A stretch of 43,957 nt of DNA from Gammaproteobacteria bacterium (GCA_024222475.1 JAAEPA010000958.1:1-43957), one strand, 5' to 3'. Positions 20,398 through 31,134 are shown, numbered from the stretch's first letter. Notes: generated from the sequence alone by a model not told the origin. A program made the numbers and translations.

Positions 20398-21714
20398 TCA
20401 GTCTCTCTCCCCTCCCGCCATGACGGCCTCGACATGGTCGGGCTCCTTTGCCAAGGCCTGGGTAAGGACCTCATGTCCCTTTGAGGTCACCAGTACGTCA
20501 TCCTCAATGCGAATCCCGATATCCCACCAGCGACGCGAGACCCCTTTACTGTGTTTAGGGATATAGAGACCGGGTTCGATAGTGAGCGTCATCCCGGGTT
20601 TCAGCACCCGCCAATCTTCATCGATACGATAATTGCCTACATCATGAACATCCAGTCCTAGCCAGTGCCCCGTTCGATGCATATAAAAACGCCGATACGC
20701 TTCGTCCTTAACCAATTTATTGGGGCGGCCTTTCAGCAGACCGAGCGCGACCAAACCTCGGGTCAGCACCTTGACGGCCGCATCATGAGGATCATTCCAG
20801 CGATTTCCCGGCTGCACCTTCTTCATAGCGGCCTTTTGAGCCTTTAACACCAGCTCGTAGAGCGCTCGCTGCGCCGCGGTGAATCGGCCATTGACCGGGA
20901 AGGTACGGGTAATATCGCTGGCATAACCATCATATTCGCCACCAGCATCGATAAGCAACAGGTCGCCATCCTTGAGTACTGCCGAATTCTCCGTGTAATG
21001 CAGAATACAGGTATTAGCACCTCCCCCAACGATAGAGGGGTAGGCAGGGACGGTACCCGAGCGTCGAAACTCATAGAGTATTTCCGCTTCGATCTCATAT
21101 TCATACATCCCCGACCTACAAGCACGCATCGCCCTCCGATGGGCGGAAACGGCAATGCCGGCCGCTTTTTTCATGGCCGCGATCTCGGCACGGGACTTGT
21201 GTAGACGCAACTCATGCAGCAAGTAATCCAGAGAGATAAATTCATGAGGCACATGGCTGCCTGAACGCGCCTTGGCACGGATCTGATTTACCCAACCCAT
21301 CAGCCGCTGATCAAATTCGACACTCCGCCCCAGAGTGTAATAAACACGTTTGCGCTGTTCGAGCAACCCAGGCAGGATTTCATCGAGATCACTAATTGGA
21401 AAGGCATCATCCGCCGCATGTTGACTGACCGCACCCTGTAGTCCACTGCGCCGACCATACCAGAGCTCCTTGTCCTCATCTCTTTCGCGACAAAATAAGA
21501 CGTACTGCCCCTGTTTACGCCCGGGTACCAGCACCGCCACCGACTCGGGTTCATTAAAACCGGTGAGATAAAGCAGATCGCTGTCCTGGCGGAAAGGAAA
21601 ATCAATGTCTCGGTTTCGAAACTGAACGCCGGCCGACGGAATGATGGCAATACTCTCGCCCCCCATCCTACGCATTAAGGCCTTACGCCGTTTGGCAAAT
21701 TCACCAGGATTCAT
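20398..21714 (-). CDS. pepP: Xaa-Pro aminopeptidase P
   Basis: FRQDSD, LIDAG, ASDITRTFP, HRTGHWLGLDVHD, TIEPGLY, GIRIEDD. Confidence 0.95.
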   Translation of the reverse strand: MNPGEFAKRRKALMRRMGGESIAIIPSAGVQFRNRDIDFPFRQDSDLLYLTGFNEPESVAVLVPGRKQGQYVLFCRERDEDKELWYGRRSGLQGAVSQHAADDAFPISDLDEILPGLLEQRKRVYYTLGRSVEFDQRLMGWVNQIRAKARSGSHVPHEFISLDYLLHELRLHKSRAEIAAMKKAAGIAVSAHRRAMRACRSGMYEYEIEAEILYEFRRSGTVPAYPSIVGGGANTCILHYTENSAVLKDGDLLLIDAGGEYDGYASDITRTFPVNGRFTAAQRALYELVLKAQKAAMKKVQPGNRWNDPHDAAVKVLTRGLVALGLLKGRPNKLVKDEAYRRFYMHRTGHWLGLDVHDVGNYRIDEDWRVLKPGMTLTIEPGLYIPKHSKGVSRRWWDIGIRIEDDVLVTSKGHEVLTQALAKEPDHVEAVMAGGERD

Positions 21715-21723
21715 AATTATTGC

Positions 21724-22266
21724 TTAACCATCTTGCAACCGCTGCAACTCTTCACGTAAAAGTAATGCGCCCACGCGCAGATACTCGACGAGTTCACTAT
21801 AAGCCGCCTCGTTTTCCTCATCACGATCCTCTCCCACCCATGCCTTAGATATCTCTACGATATCGCTGAGAATTTCGGCGCTATCTTGCTCAAGCGTATT
21901 GTCATCAGTCAATCCCGCAATGGCCATACCGCACAAAAAACCTTCGCACCAACGAGTAACCTCCTCGACCCTTTGATGCAGTGAAACTTGTTCGTCTTGA
22001 GGCAAAAGTAGGGTGAAGCTCATCTCGGCATTCCCCAACTGCTCGCGTGTAGTATCGAAAAATCGATTCAAGATCTGCCTGGTTTCTATCCCCGGCAAGT
22101 CAGCCGAATCGGCATCCTCTATCATCTCGCCAATCCACGCGGATGCGGATGATGCGTTATCAACGACGAGCATACCACAGGCCACTCCTTGGCATCCCGA
22201 GGCGCTGTATTGGGACTCCGCTTGCCGCAGAGCGTTATCTATATCGTCATAATTTAGCCAAACCAT
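21724..22266 (-). CDS. UPF0149 (YgfB-like) protein
   Basis: FTLLLP, WCEGFLCG, ELVEYLRVGALL; conserved position upstream of pepP. Confidence 0.88.
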   Translation of the reverse strand: MVWLNYDDIDNALRQAESQYSASGCQGVACGMLVVDNASSASAWIGEMIEDADSADLPGIETRQILNRFFDTTREQLGNAEMSFTLLLPQDEQVSLHQRVEEVTRWCEGFLCGMAIAGLTDDNTLEQDSAEILSDIVEISKAWVGEDRDEENEAAYSELVEYLRVGALLLREELQRLQDG

Positions 22267-22352
22267 GGCGTCATCTTATCATTGTTTGAGGATACCCCAC
22301 AGTAATGGCGATGGGAGGTCTGTTCCCATACCGGATGGGTATATTGCGGATA

Positions 22353-22381
22353 TTGACCCATCTACGACAGCCACTTATTAT
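22353..22381 (+). promoter_or_regulatory. Sigma-70 promoter for the zapB-like/zapA operon
   Basis: TTGACC-N17-TATTAT, ending 7 nt before ATG 22388. Confidence 0.6.
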
Positions 22382-22387
22382 ACCCTT

Positions 22388-22624
22388 ATGGTAAAAAATC
22401 ACCCGGATTCAAACACCGAACAAAACCTCAAACAACTTGAGACGCATATTGATGAGCTGATAGCAGCTTACGATCGTCTTCGAGAAGAAAATAAGCGGCT
22501 GCGAACTAAGCAGAAGGCCCACGCCGCCGAGAGGGTCAGCTTAATAGAAAAACGTGACGCCGCACGAGCCAAGGCAGAACAGATGCTCAACCGCGTCAAA
22601 ACCATGGAAGACCCCCATGAGTGA
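22388..22624 (+). CDS. TIGR02449 / ZapB-like coiled-coil cell division protein
   Basis: LKQLETHIDELI...LREENKRLR...ARAKAEQMLNRVKTME; sits upstream of zapA, divergent from UPF0149. Confidence 0.85.
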   Translation: MVKNHPDSNTEQNLKQLETHIDELIAAYDRLREENKRLRTKQKAHAAERVSLIEKRDAARAKAEQMLNRVKTMEDPHE

Positions 22625-22907
22625 TATCAGCATACCCATAACCATTACCATCCTCGGGAAAGAGTATCAGATTGCTTGTCCCAAGAGTGAAAAGGACGAA
22701 TTACTCGCATCTGCTGAATACCTCAATCATAAGTTGCGAGAGATACGCAACAGTGGGAAGGTTGCTGGTTCCGACCGTATCGTAGCTCTTGGCGCCCTGA
22801 ATATCACTCACGAACTACTAACGCAGCAATGGCAACGCGCGCATGTCGATACCCATATCCACTCACTTAACAATCGTCTTAGCACTCTTTTAGAAGAAAA
22901 CGAATAA
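22617..22907 (+). CDS. zapA: Cell division protein ZapA
   Basis: ITILGKEYQIACP, LLASAEYL, RIVALGALNITHEL; ATG 22617 overlaps the upstream gene. Confidence 0.9.
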   Translation: MSDISIPITITILGKEYQIACPKSEKDELLASAEYLNHKLREIRNSGKVAGSDRIVALGALNITHELLTQQWQRAHVDTHIHSLNNRLSTLLEENE

Positions 22908-22909
22908 TC

Positions 22910-22940
22910 TTTACACGAGAAGCATCTATCCTGGTATAAT
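22910..22940 (+). promoter_or_regulatory. Sigma-70 promoter for 6S RNA
   Basis: TTTACA followed by extended -10 TGG-TATAAT (22932-22940). Confidence 0.55.
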
Positions 22941-22982
22941 AAAGCTAGCGTTTTGGTTTTTGTTATACACTGATTTAGCTTT

Positions 22983-23172
22983 GGACGCGCCCTGCGGTGT
23001 ACGTGGATAGCTGGGTATATTCCTTGAGCCTATCTTTATACCCACGGGAGTCAAGTTGATGATGTTGTTGTGCATGTCCGGTTTCCGGAAAGCCTGATAC
23101 ATCTCCAAGACTCCCACCCTGAACCTTCGGTTCGAGGTCGAAGGCTTGTCACGGCATATGCGGGGCGCGTCC
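22983..23172 (+). ncRNA. ssrS: 6S RNA
   Basis: About 190 nt; closing stem GGACGCGCCC/GGGCGCGTCC; conserved CCTTGAGCC and CTGAACC..GGTTCGAGG blocks; canonical position after zapA. Confidence 0.9.
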
Positions 23173-23219
23173 TCTCCCTTCATCTTAGTTCCTAAGAGAC
23201 TGCCCGAATAACCATCGCT

Positions 23220-24734
23220 TCAACCCAAAAACAGATTGTACGCAGGATTATCGGTTTCTTCCCAATATTGGTATCCGAGTTTATCCAGTCTCGCCCGAAA
23301 CCTATCTCTATCCTGCTGAGCAACCTGCATCCCCGCTAAAACTCGACCGTATGCCGCACCGTGATTGCGGTAATGGAACAAGCTGATGTTCCATTCCTGA
23401 CCGATGGTATTCAGAAATTTGAGCAATGCCCCCGGTCGTTCGGGAAATTCGAAACGATACAAGATCTCATTGACGACCTTGGTCGAATGACCACCGACCA
23501 TGTGCCGAACATGAAGCTTGGCCATCTCATTGTCACTCATATCAACGACTGCATACCCCTTAGCACTCAACCGATCAACGATCGATTGCCGTTCCATATC
23601 CCCATCATCCAGTTGAATGCCCGCGAATATATGGGCAGTGGTCTTGTCTGCATAACGATAATTAAATTCGGTGATGCCACGCTTCCCAATGGCACGACAA
23701 AATTTACGAAAACTCCCGGGTTTTTCTGGAATAGTAACGGCCAATAGGGCCTCGCGCCGCTCACCCAGCTCGGCCCGCTCGGCCACATGCCTTAAACGGT
23801 CAAAATTAATATTGGCGCCACTGTTGATTGCAATCATATGACGGTGGGTAATCCGCTCGCGTTTAACATACTTTTTAATCCCGGCTACGGCAAGGGCACC
23901 GGCAGGCTCGGCAAGGGTACGCGTATCATCGAAGATATCCTTGATGGCCGCGCAAATCTCATCGGTATCCACCAGCAGGACCTCATCCACATATTTTCGT
24001 GCTAGACGAAATCCCTCTTTACCAATCTGCTTCACCGCAACACCGTCGGCAAAAATTCCCACCTGGTCCAAGATGACTCGACGTCCTTTACTTAGAGCCA
24101 TCTGCAAGGAAGGAGCGTCCTTCGGCTCCACACCGATAATCTTCACCTCCGGGCGTAGATGCTTGATAAACGTAGCCACACCAGCGATGAGTCCACCCCC
24201 ACCGACCGGAACAAAGATCGCTTCTAAATCATCCGGGTGTTGCCTGACAATCTCCAGAGCGATGGTCCCTTGCCCGGCAATAACCTGCGGATCATCGTAG
24301 GGATGGATAAAAACCATGCCCTTTTGGCTGGCCAACAGCATCGAATGCTCATAGGCCCCATCGTATGTGTCCCCGTGCAATATTGGCCTGCCCCCGAAGG
24401 AACGTACAGCTCTCACCTTTATGGGGGGCGTCGTACGAGGCATTACGATAATGGCCTTAATACCCAAGCGGCTAGCCGCCAGCGCCACTCCCTGGGCATG
24501 GTTACCGGCAGAGGCGGTGATGACACCACGAGAGCGCTGTTCTTGGTCTAATTGTACGATCTTGTTATAAGCGCCACGGAGTTTGAACGAAAACACCGGC
24601 TGCTGATCTTCACGTTTTAGGTAGACTTGATTGTTGAGTCGCCGGGAAAGGGAGGGCGCCAGATCAAGGGTCGACTCTATAGCGACGTCATAAACCCTGG
24701 CGGTCAGTATTTCTTTTATATAATCGCGAGACAT
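23220..24734 (-). CDS. ilvA: Biosynthetic threonine ammonia-lyase
   Basis: KREDQQPVFSFKLRGAYNK (PLP Lys), SAGNHAQG, C-terminal regulatory repeats (FPERPGAL, FHYRNHG). Confidence 0.96.
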   Translation of the reverse strand: MSRDYIKEILTARVYDVAIESTLDLAPSLSRRLNNQVYLKREDQQPVFSFKLRGAYNKIVQLDQEQRSRGVITASAGNHAQGVALAASRLGIKAIIVMPRTTPPIKVRAVRSFGGRPILHGDTYDGAYEHSMLLASQKGMVFIHPYDDPQVIAGQGTIALEIVRQHPDDLEAIFVPVGGGGLIAGVATFIKHLRPEVKIIGVEPKDAPSLQMALSKGRRVILDQVGIFADGVAVKQIGKEGFRLARKYVDEVLLVDTDEICAAIKDIFDDTRTLAEPAGALAVAGIKKYVKRERITHRHMIAINSGANINFDRLRHVAERAELGERREALLAVTIPEKPGSFRKFCRAIGKRGITEFNYRYADKTTAHIFAGIQLDDGDMERQSIVDRLSAKGYAVVDMSDNEMAKLHVRHMVGGHSTKVVNEILYRFEFPERPGALLKFLNTIGQEWNISLFHYRNHGAAYGRVLAGMQVAQQDRDRFRARLDKLGYQYWEETDNPAYNLFLG

Positions 24735-24942
24735 CCTAGCGCTCTAATGATTTTAGGTGAATGAATAAGTCTTCAATATAAGGCATTTTCCGAATATTCT
24801 AATATATTTCTGAGCCCATGAGATAAAAATCCTATGACTTGCAAAACCTCAGCCAGTATTATTTCTATATCCGTCACGAGGATATTACTCATCCTATGTA
24901 CCGGTATCGAAATTTCAAATAGCTAACGAGTCGAGTATTAAT

Positions 24943-25599
24943 ATGAATCAAGACCAAATGAAAAAACAGGTTGCCGAGGCCGCCATCGAGTATATCGAAA
25001 TGGGGGATGTCATTGGTGTCGGTACCGGTTCAACCGCAAATTATTTCATCGATGCACTTGCCAAGATGAAAGGTAAGATCGATGGCACGGTGGCCAGTTC
25101 GCAGGCCAGCGCACAACGCCTCCAAGGGCATGCCATCCCTGTTCTGGAGCTAAATGAAGTGGGCGACCTACCCCTCTACGTGGATGGCGCCGATGAAGCC
25201 ACCCGACAGCTGCATCTGATCAAAGGGGGTGGAGGCGCGCTGACCCGGGAGAAGATCGTCGCCGGCGCCAGCGAGAGATTTGTGTGTATCGCCGATAGCT
25301 CCAAACTTGTGGATGTTCTTGGTAAATTTCCTTTGCCGATAGAGGTCATCCCCATGGCACGCAGCTTTGTGGCGCGCCAGCTCGTCAAACGGGGCAGCCT
25401 GCCCGAACTGCGGGATATGTTTAAAACGGATAACGGGAATATGATCTTGGACGTACACAACCTCGAGATTCTGCAACCCACAAAAATGGAAGCCGAACTC
25501 AACAACATCTCTGGAGTCGTCACGGTTGGAATATTCGCCTTACGACCGGCCGATGTACTTTTATTGGGTACGCCCAGTGGGGTGGAAAAATTGGGCTGA
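24943..25599 (+). CDS. rpiA: Ribose-5-phosphate isomerase A
   Basis: [24 protein letters not shown]. Confidence 0.96.
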   Translation: MNQDQMKKQVAEAAIEYIEMGDVIGVGTGSTANYFIDALAKMKGKIDGTVASSQASAQRLQGHAIPVLELNEVGDLPLYVDGADEATRQLHLIKGGGGALTREKIVAGASERFVCIADSSKLVDVLGKFPLPIEVIPMARSFVARQLVKRGSLPELRDMFKTDNGNMILDVHNLEILQPTKMEAELNNISGVVTVGIFALRPADVLLLGTPSGVEKLG

Positions 25600-25603
25600 T
25601 ATT

Positions 25604-25767
25604 TATACTTCGAACGGTTGTAAATCACGATTTTTCGCTGCCCCTGAACATCGATAGCCGCGTTGCTCAGGCTCGCAATAAAACCTTGCTATTACTCACC
25701 TTCGCGCCTTGCTCTCGATGCCCATGGCTCACCCAAAATTTCTCAATTTACAACCGTTCGAAGTATA
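25604..25767. mobile_element. 164-bp MITE-like element with perfect 22-bp terminal inverted repeats
   Basis: TATACTTCGAACGGTTGTAAAT (25604-25625) and ATTTACAACCGTTCGAAGTATA (25746-25767); TA at both ends; non-coding interior. Confidence 0.8.
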
Positions 25768-25818
25768 GCCCCGATTATTGGCGTTACACCTAAACTGACA
25801 GGAGTGCCTTAAAACCGC

Positions 25819-27171
25819 CTACCCCCCCGCGCTGATAGGTATCTGCAACATCTGGCCGGCACGGATACGATCGCTCTTGAGCGCGTTATAATGACGTATC
25901 GTGTTGATCTCGACATCATAACGCTGCGCTATAGCAGAGAGTGTTTCGCCTGATCGTATGACATGTGTAGTGCGATTCATTGAGGCCAGCAGGGTGCCCG
26001 GCGGAGCATAGCCCTTCAAATAATGTTTGATTCCCCCCAACAGGGCCTTGGCAAGGTTACCTTGATGCACCTTACTGCGCAGTCGCCTTTCATCCTGAGT
26101 ATTGGACAAAAAGGCCGTCTCCACTAGCACGGAGGGCATATCGTGCGCCTTCAAAACGACGAATCCAGCCTGCTCCACCCGATTGCGATGAATCTTTCCG
26201 GTCTTTTTCAGCGATTTCAACATGCCGTCGGCCAGATCGATACTGGCCTCGATGGTAGCATTCAGCATAAGGTCCACGATGACCTTGGCCAGCTGGTCTT
26301 CCTTACCAAATAGCACGTCGTCTTTTAGATCGACCCTATTCTCATTCTCTGCCAATACCCGGGCCGCCTCGCTAGTCGCCCCGTTCTTGGATAGTACATA
26401 TACCGATGAGCCTCGCGCCCGACGATTCCTCGCGGCATCGGCATGAATCGATATAAACAGATCGGCCTTGTGCTGCCTGGCCCGGGCGATCCTGGTGCGC
26501 AGAGGCAAAAAGACATCCCCTTCACGTATCATTACCGCGCGTATCCCTTTTTCCCTTTTAACAAGGGCTTCCAGACGCCTTGCGATGGCAAGCACAACAT
26601 TTTTTTCTTTCGTCTTATACCTTCTACCTATGGCCCCAGGGTCCTTGCCACCATGGCCGGCATCGATGGCGATGACCACATCACGGAGTTGTTTCTTTTC
26701 GGAATTGGCGGTAATGACCGGTTCGCGTTTCTTACTGCGTTGAGGATGGAGCTCAACCAATAACCGGTGCCCCTTGCCTTTGGCCGGAGGTAACAGAAAA
26801 CTCTTGGGACTGACGGCCCTAGCTAGGTCTAAAACCACCCGCAGATCGGAACGCTCTCGCTTAGCGTAACGGATATTCCTGAGCAGGGAATGATCGAATC
26901 TCGGGCTGTCGAACCCCTGGGATAGCCGCGCATCGTTAAGATCGATCACCACCCGCTCTGGATTATGCAGGGTAAATATTTTATGGTGAACGGATGCGCT
27001 TAAATCAAAAATTACATTATTTTTATCACCTTTCGAGGACTGGCGAATGCTGCGGACCATGACTTTCTGGCGTGCCCATAACGGCTGTGAATACAAACTG
27101 AGTAACGCTGTGAGCCCACCCGCCAAACATTCAAATATGAATTGACGCCTAGGTTGCAATATTTTATTCAC
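25819..27171 (-). CDS. N-acetylmuramoyl-L-alanine amidase (AMIN-Amidase_3-LysM), AmiB/AmiC type, with possible Tat signal
   Basis: RRQFI twin-Arg-like leader, IDAGHGGKDPGA, SIHAD, SVLVETAFLSN, C-terminal LysM (HVIRSGETLSAIAQRY). Confidence 0.92.
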   Translation of the reverse strand: MNKILQPRRQFIFECLAGGLTALLSLYSQPLWARQKVMVRSIRQSSKGDKNNVIFDLSASVHHKIFTLHNPERVVIDLNDARLSQGFDSPRFDHSLLRNIRYAKRERSDLRVVLDLARAVSPKSFLLPPAKGKGHRLLVELHPQRSKKREPVITANSEKKQLRDVVIAIDAGHGGKDPGAIGRRYKTKEKNVVLAIARRLEALVKREKGIRAVMIREGDVFLPLRTRIARARQHKADLFISIHADAARNRRARGSSVYVLSKNGATSEAARVLAENENRVDLKDDVLFGKEDQLAKVIVDLMLNATIEASIDLADGMLKSLKKTGKIHRNRVEQAGFVVLKAHDMPSVLVETAFLSNTQDERRLRSKVHQGNLAKALLGGIKHYLKGYAPPGTLLASMNRTTHVIRSGETLSAIAQRYDVEINTIRHYNALKSDRIRAGQMLQIPISAGG

Positions 27172-27419
27172 GGCCTAGCTGCCCTCCCATGATGGATGGC
27201 ACCCGATCATCGTATAGTGATAGTGGAGGATAAAAATCATAGCATTTACCATTACTTACATGATTCACCTTGCGCTACGGTGAATTCAACAACCCCTTGA
27301 GCACGGAAAAGTCTTCCAGTATGCGTATAAATCCATGATTACAAGTGTGATCGATTTTTAGAAAAACTCAAGATTTATTATTAATTCCGACACTTATCAC
27401 CAACTTCTATAGCATTACA

Positions 27420-27890
27420 TCAGCCAATATTCTCAAATTTAGATAATATCCGACGACCGGCTTCGCTCCGCCCCATCAGTTCCACCCGGCGCCCCTCACC
27501 CATGAATTGTATGCCGATGGTGATATCGGCATGAGGGAGAAAATCTTTAGTCCGATCAGGCCATTCCACCAAACAGATCGAGCGGCGCTGAAAGTAATCC
27601 TGTATACCCATGTATTCCAATTCCAATGGGTCCACCAATCTATAAAAATCAAAATGATACACATCATATCGTGAAAACTCGTAAGGCTCGACAAGGCTAT
27701 ATGTCGGACTCTTCACCGCCCCCTCATAACCGAGGGCATGAAGAAACCCACGTACCAGGGTCGTCTTCCCCGCACCTAGTCCACCTTCAAGTGAAATAAG
27801 CACCCCCAAATCGCAGACCAAGGCGAGCCGGCCACCAAGGGTCGCCATCACCTCACTGCTTGGCACGCTGCATATCACGGATTGACCCAA
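27420..27890 (-). CDS. tsaE: tRNA t6A biosynthesis ATPase TsaE
   Basis: GGLGAGKTT, VKSPTYSLVEPY, HFDFYRL, LVEWP. Confidence 0.95.
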   Translation of the reverse strand: MGQSVICSVPSSEVMATLGGRLALVCDLGVLISLEGGLGAGKTTLVRGFLHALGYEGAVKSPTYSLVEPYEFSRYDVYHFDFYRLVDPLELEYMGIQDYFQRRSICLVEWPDRTKDFLPHADITIGIQFMGEGRRVELMGRSEAGRRILSKFENIG

Positions 27891-29350
27891 TGGCGAAGAT
27901 GGGGAAACAGATCGCTGGCCAGCATTCCTCTTTCCCCCTGAGCGGCGGCTGAGTCACCTGCGGCACCATGTATCCACACCCCCAATTCGGACGCATCCAC
28001 AAAACTCAGTCCTTGAGCTAATAGACCCGCAATGACACCGGTCAGGACATCGCCCATCCCCCCTGACGCCATCCCCGGGTTACCCGTGCTGCAAACAGCA
28101 ACTCGCTTACTGCTAGCCACCAATGTCCCAGCGCCTTTAAGAACACAAACCCCGCCGTAGCGTTGCTGTAACGAGGCTGCCGCAGCGTATCTATCGCTCT
28201 GAATGGTCTCTGTATCACAGCGCAACAAACGTGCCGCCTCGCCAGGATGAGGAGTCAGAACCCAGCGATCCGATTCGCTGGGATCTGCCGCCAACAGATT
28301 CAAGGCATCGGCATCCACCACCTTGGAATGAGGATATTGGAGTACGGTTTCGAGCATATGGCGCGACCATTGCGTCTGCCCCAACCCCGGACCGATAGCA
28401 ATGACCGTAGCCCGCTCCAAGAGGGGCGCAAGCGCATCGGCCGATTCAACCCCATGGACCATTAGCTCAGGCACGGTCAGATTCAATGTCGAGGCATGGC
28501 ACTCCCGAGTTGCCACACTGACCAAACCCGCGCCCGTACGTGCGGCAGCCTCGGCCGCCATCCGCGCCGCGCCGGACATTCCTCGTTCGCCCCCGATCAC
28601 CAATACGTGCCCAAACCGTCCCTTGTTGCTATTTCGCCTACGCGGCCTTAACAAAACCTCACAGCCTTGTGGATCAACCCTTAGTGCGGCGGGCATTTGA
28701 GCTTCATAAGCAGCTGCCGGTACCTGCAAATCATCAAAATAAAGCTCACCGCAGAAGTCTAAGGCATCGGCGGTGAACTGCCCCTGCTTCAGACCGATGA
28801 AAGTCACGGTGCAATCGGCTCGAACCGCAGCGCCTAACACCCCTCCGGTATCGCTATGCAGCCCCGAAGGGATATCCACAGCCAGGCTCGGTATATCCTG
28901 AGCATTGATGGCCTCGATAATTTCTTTCCAGCGATCCCGCACCGCCCGCTCCAAGCCCGTTCCAAATAGGGCGTCGACAATCACATCGCAGTCCGGTAGA
29001 GACTGTCCCGAATACCCCTGCTCAGATCCACCAGCATCTAGATAAGCCCGCCGGGCGGTGAGGGCGTCACCGCGTATGCGTTGCGGATCTCCGAGCTGGA
29101 ACAGGTTGACACGCCATCCTGCCTGCAAGGCCAAGCGGGCGATGACATAGCCATCCCCACCGTTGTTACCAGGTCCGGCCACCACCAGTAGCGCGCGGGC
29201 CTGGGGCCAGCGTTGTTGCAAAACCTCGAAGGTCGCCCTACCGGCTCGCTGCATCAGTGTGTAACCGGGGATGGAAAGATCCTCAATCGCCGTACGGTCT
29301 AGTTCACGAACCTGATCTGCACGATAGAGATTAATTGGTAAATCAGTCAT
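27875..29350 (-). CDS. nnr: Bifunctional NAD(P)HX epimerase/dehydratase
   Basis: GPGNNGGDG, DALFGTG, DIPSG, NKGRFG, LTPHPGEAARL, GGMGDVL; ATG at 29350 preferred. Confidence 0.94.
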   Translation of the reverse strand: MTDLPINLYRADQVRELDRTAIEDLSIPGYTLMQRAGRATFEVLQQRWPQARALLVVAGPGNNGGDGYVIARLALQAGWRVNLFQLGDPQRIRGDALTARRAYLDAGGSEQGYSGQSLPDCDVIVDALFGTGLERAVRDRWKEIIEAINAQDIPSLAVDIPSGLHSDTGGVLGAAVRADCTVTFIGLKQGQFTADALDFCGELYFDDLQVPAAAYEAQMPAALRVDPQGCEVLLRPRRRNSNKGRFGHVLVIGGERGMSGAARMAAEAAARTGAGLVSVATRECHASTLNLTVPELMVHGVESADALAPLLERATVIAIGPGLGQTQWSRHMLETVLQYPHSKVVDADALNLLAADPSESDRWVLTPHPGEAARLLRCDTETIQSDRYAAAASLQQRYGGVCVLKGAGTLVASSKRVAVCSTGNPGMASGGMGDVLTGVIAGLLAQGLSFVDASELGVWIHGAAGDSAAAQGERGMLASDLFPHLRHWVNP

Positions 29351-29447
29351 TTGAATATGAAACCTTGATATATTGTAAATTTTAGCAAACCATTCGAAAC
29401 ACGCCTTAATTATAGCCTTTGCGGTTGAGTTTTCTGGAGAGAGAGCA

Positions 29448-30539
29448 ATGTCGTCGATGAAAAAGACTAATTTCACTCCCCTTGCCAAAAGAATCAAGCA
29501 ATGGGGTCGTGAACTGGGTTTTCACAAGGTGGGAATTTCCGATACCGATCTGTCGAGAGACGAAATACATCTCAAACACTGGCTTGAACAAGGACGCCAT
29601 GGTGAGATGGGCTACATGTCCCGCCACGGTACCAAACGCAGCCGCCCTGCGGAACTTCTGCCCGGGACAATACGCATCATCTCCGTGAGAATGAATTACC
29701 TGCCGCCTGGCGGACGTGATCCAGATGAAGTTTTGCAATCCACTCAACAGGCCTATGTCTCTCGCTACGCGTTGGGGCGAGATTACCACAAGCTTATGCG
29801 CAAACGCTTACAGCGCTTGGCGGATAAGATACAGAAGATCAGCGGTCCCTTCGGCTATCGCGCCTTTGTCGATAGCGCCCCGGTATTGGAAAAGGCCATT
29901 GCGGCCAAGGCCGGGCTGGGATGGATAGGAAAACACACCAGCCTGCTGAGTAAACAGGCGGGTTCATGGTTCTTCCTGGGTGAACTCTATACCGACCTGC
30001 CTTTGCCTATAGATGTCCCGGTAAGCGAACACTGCGGAGATTGCCGAAACTGTATCGAGGTCTGCCCCACTCAGGCCATCACCGCCCCCTATCAACTCGA
30101 TGCCAGGCGCTGCATCTCCTATCTCACCATCGAGCTACGCACCGCCATTCCTTTGGAGTTTCGCTCACTCATCGGCAATCGCATCTTTGGTTGCGACGAC
30201 TGTCAACTGGTATGCCCCTGGAACCGCTTTGCCAAAGTGGCTGAGCTGGATGACTTCAAGATCCGTCACGGATTGGATGCGGCCTTGTTGGTCGATCATT
30301 TCCAATGGCGTCGGGAAGAATTTCTCAGCAACACGGAAGGTTCCGCCATCCGCCGTATCGGCTACCACGGTTGGTTGAGAAACATTGCCGTAGCTTTAGG
30401 AAATGCACCGAGCTCCGAGGAGGTACTCACGGCACTTAAACAAAGGAAAAATTACCCCTCAGAACTGGTGCGAGATCACGTACATTGGGCATTGGCACAA
30501 CACCGTGCAGCCAAACACCATTCTCGGACAGCCTCCTAG
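29448..30539 (+). CDS. queG: Epoxyqueuosine reductase
   Basis: SRYALGRDYH, VDSAPVLEK, CGDCRNCIEVCPT, CISYLTIE, GCDDCQLVCPWN. Confidence 0.95.
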   Translation: MSSMKKTNFTPLAKRIKQWGRELGFHKVGISDTDLSRDEIHLKHWLEQGRHGEMGYMSRHGTKRSRPAELLPGTIRIISVRMNYLPPGGRDPDEVLQSTQQAYVSRYALGRDYHKLMRKRLQRLADKIQKISGPFGYRAFVDSAPVLEKAIAAKAGLGWIGKHTSLLSKQAGSWFFLGELYTDLPLPIDVPVSEHCGDCRNCIEVCPTQAITAPYQLDARRCISYLTIELRTAIPLEFRSLIGNRIFGCDDCQLVCPWNRFAKVAELDDFKIRHGLDAALLVDHFQWRREEFLSNTEGSAIRRIGYHGWLRNIAVALGNAPSSEEVLTALKQRKNYPSELVRDHVHWALAQHRAAKHHSRTAS

Positions 30540-30545
30540 ATTCTC

Positions 30546-30926
30546 TCAAGCAACCTGGATAGGAATTGAATTCCGAGTGCGAAGGATTTTGTTCGAGGCA
30601 TCGAGATAGACAAGCTTTGGCTTGAATTTTACCGCTCTTTGCTGCTCTAACTGTCCGTATGCACAAATAATTATTCGATCATCCGGGCTGGCCAGGTGGG
30701 CCGCAGCCCCATTGACTGAAATGATACCGCTGCCGTTCTCGGCACGAATAGTATAGGTGGTAAATCGCTCCCCATTAGCAAGATTATAGATATGTATCTG
30801 TTCGTACTCGTGGATACCCGTAGTATCCAGCAAGTTTCCATCGATGGCACACGAGCCCTCGTACTCAAGTTCCGCGTGGGTCACCCTGGCCTGATGGAGT
30901 TTGGCTTTCAATAATGTTAGCAACAC
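30546..30926 (-). CDS. panD: Aspartate 1-decarboxylase
   Basis: LKAKLH...YEGSCAID self-cleavage site, [14 protein letters not shown]; GTG start at 30926 gives 126 aa. Confidence 0.94.
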   Translation of the reverse strand: MLLTLLKAKLHQARVTHAELEYEGSCAIDGNLLDTTGIHEYEQIHIYNLANGERFTTYTIRAENGSGIISVNGAAAHLASPDDRIIICAYGQLEQQRAVKFKPKLVYLDASNKILRTRNSIPIQVA

Positions 30927-31134
30927 GACAGGGGCTCTCAGCTCCTTGGTATTAGAATTATGTGATACAGCTATTATAATTTGTAATATTAGTATAATAA
31001 ATTTTATCTTATTGCAACTCCACAATCCGTAATCGCAATAATAATCTCTGCAAAATAAACCATTTATATCATTGCGATCTCCCTCAAAACAGTACCAAAG
31101 GGAGGGATTTCAATCGAGCCGGGATTATGCCCTT

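Noticed and set aside
22926-23183. 85-aa minus-strand ORF
   Set aside because: Overlaps the 6S RNA gene antisense and shows no protein features.
29351-29497. Long N-terminal extensions given by the ORF track for nnr (also ubiH, panD, zapA, zapB-like and the NTP transferase)
   Set aside because: They overlap neighbouring genes or promoters; downstream starts match family N-termini.
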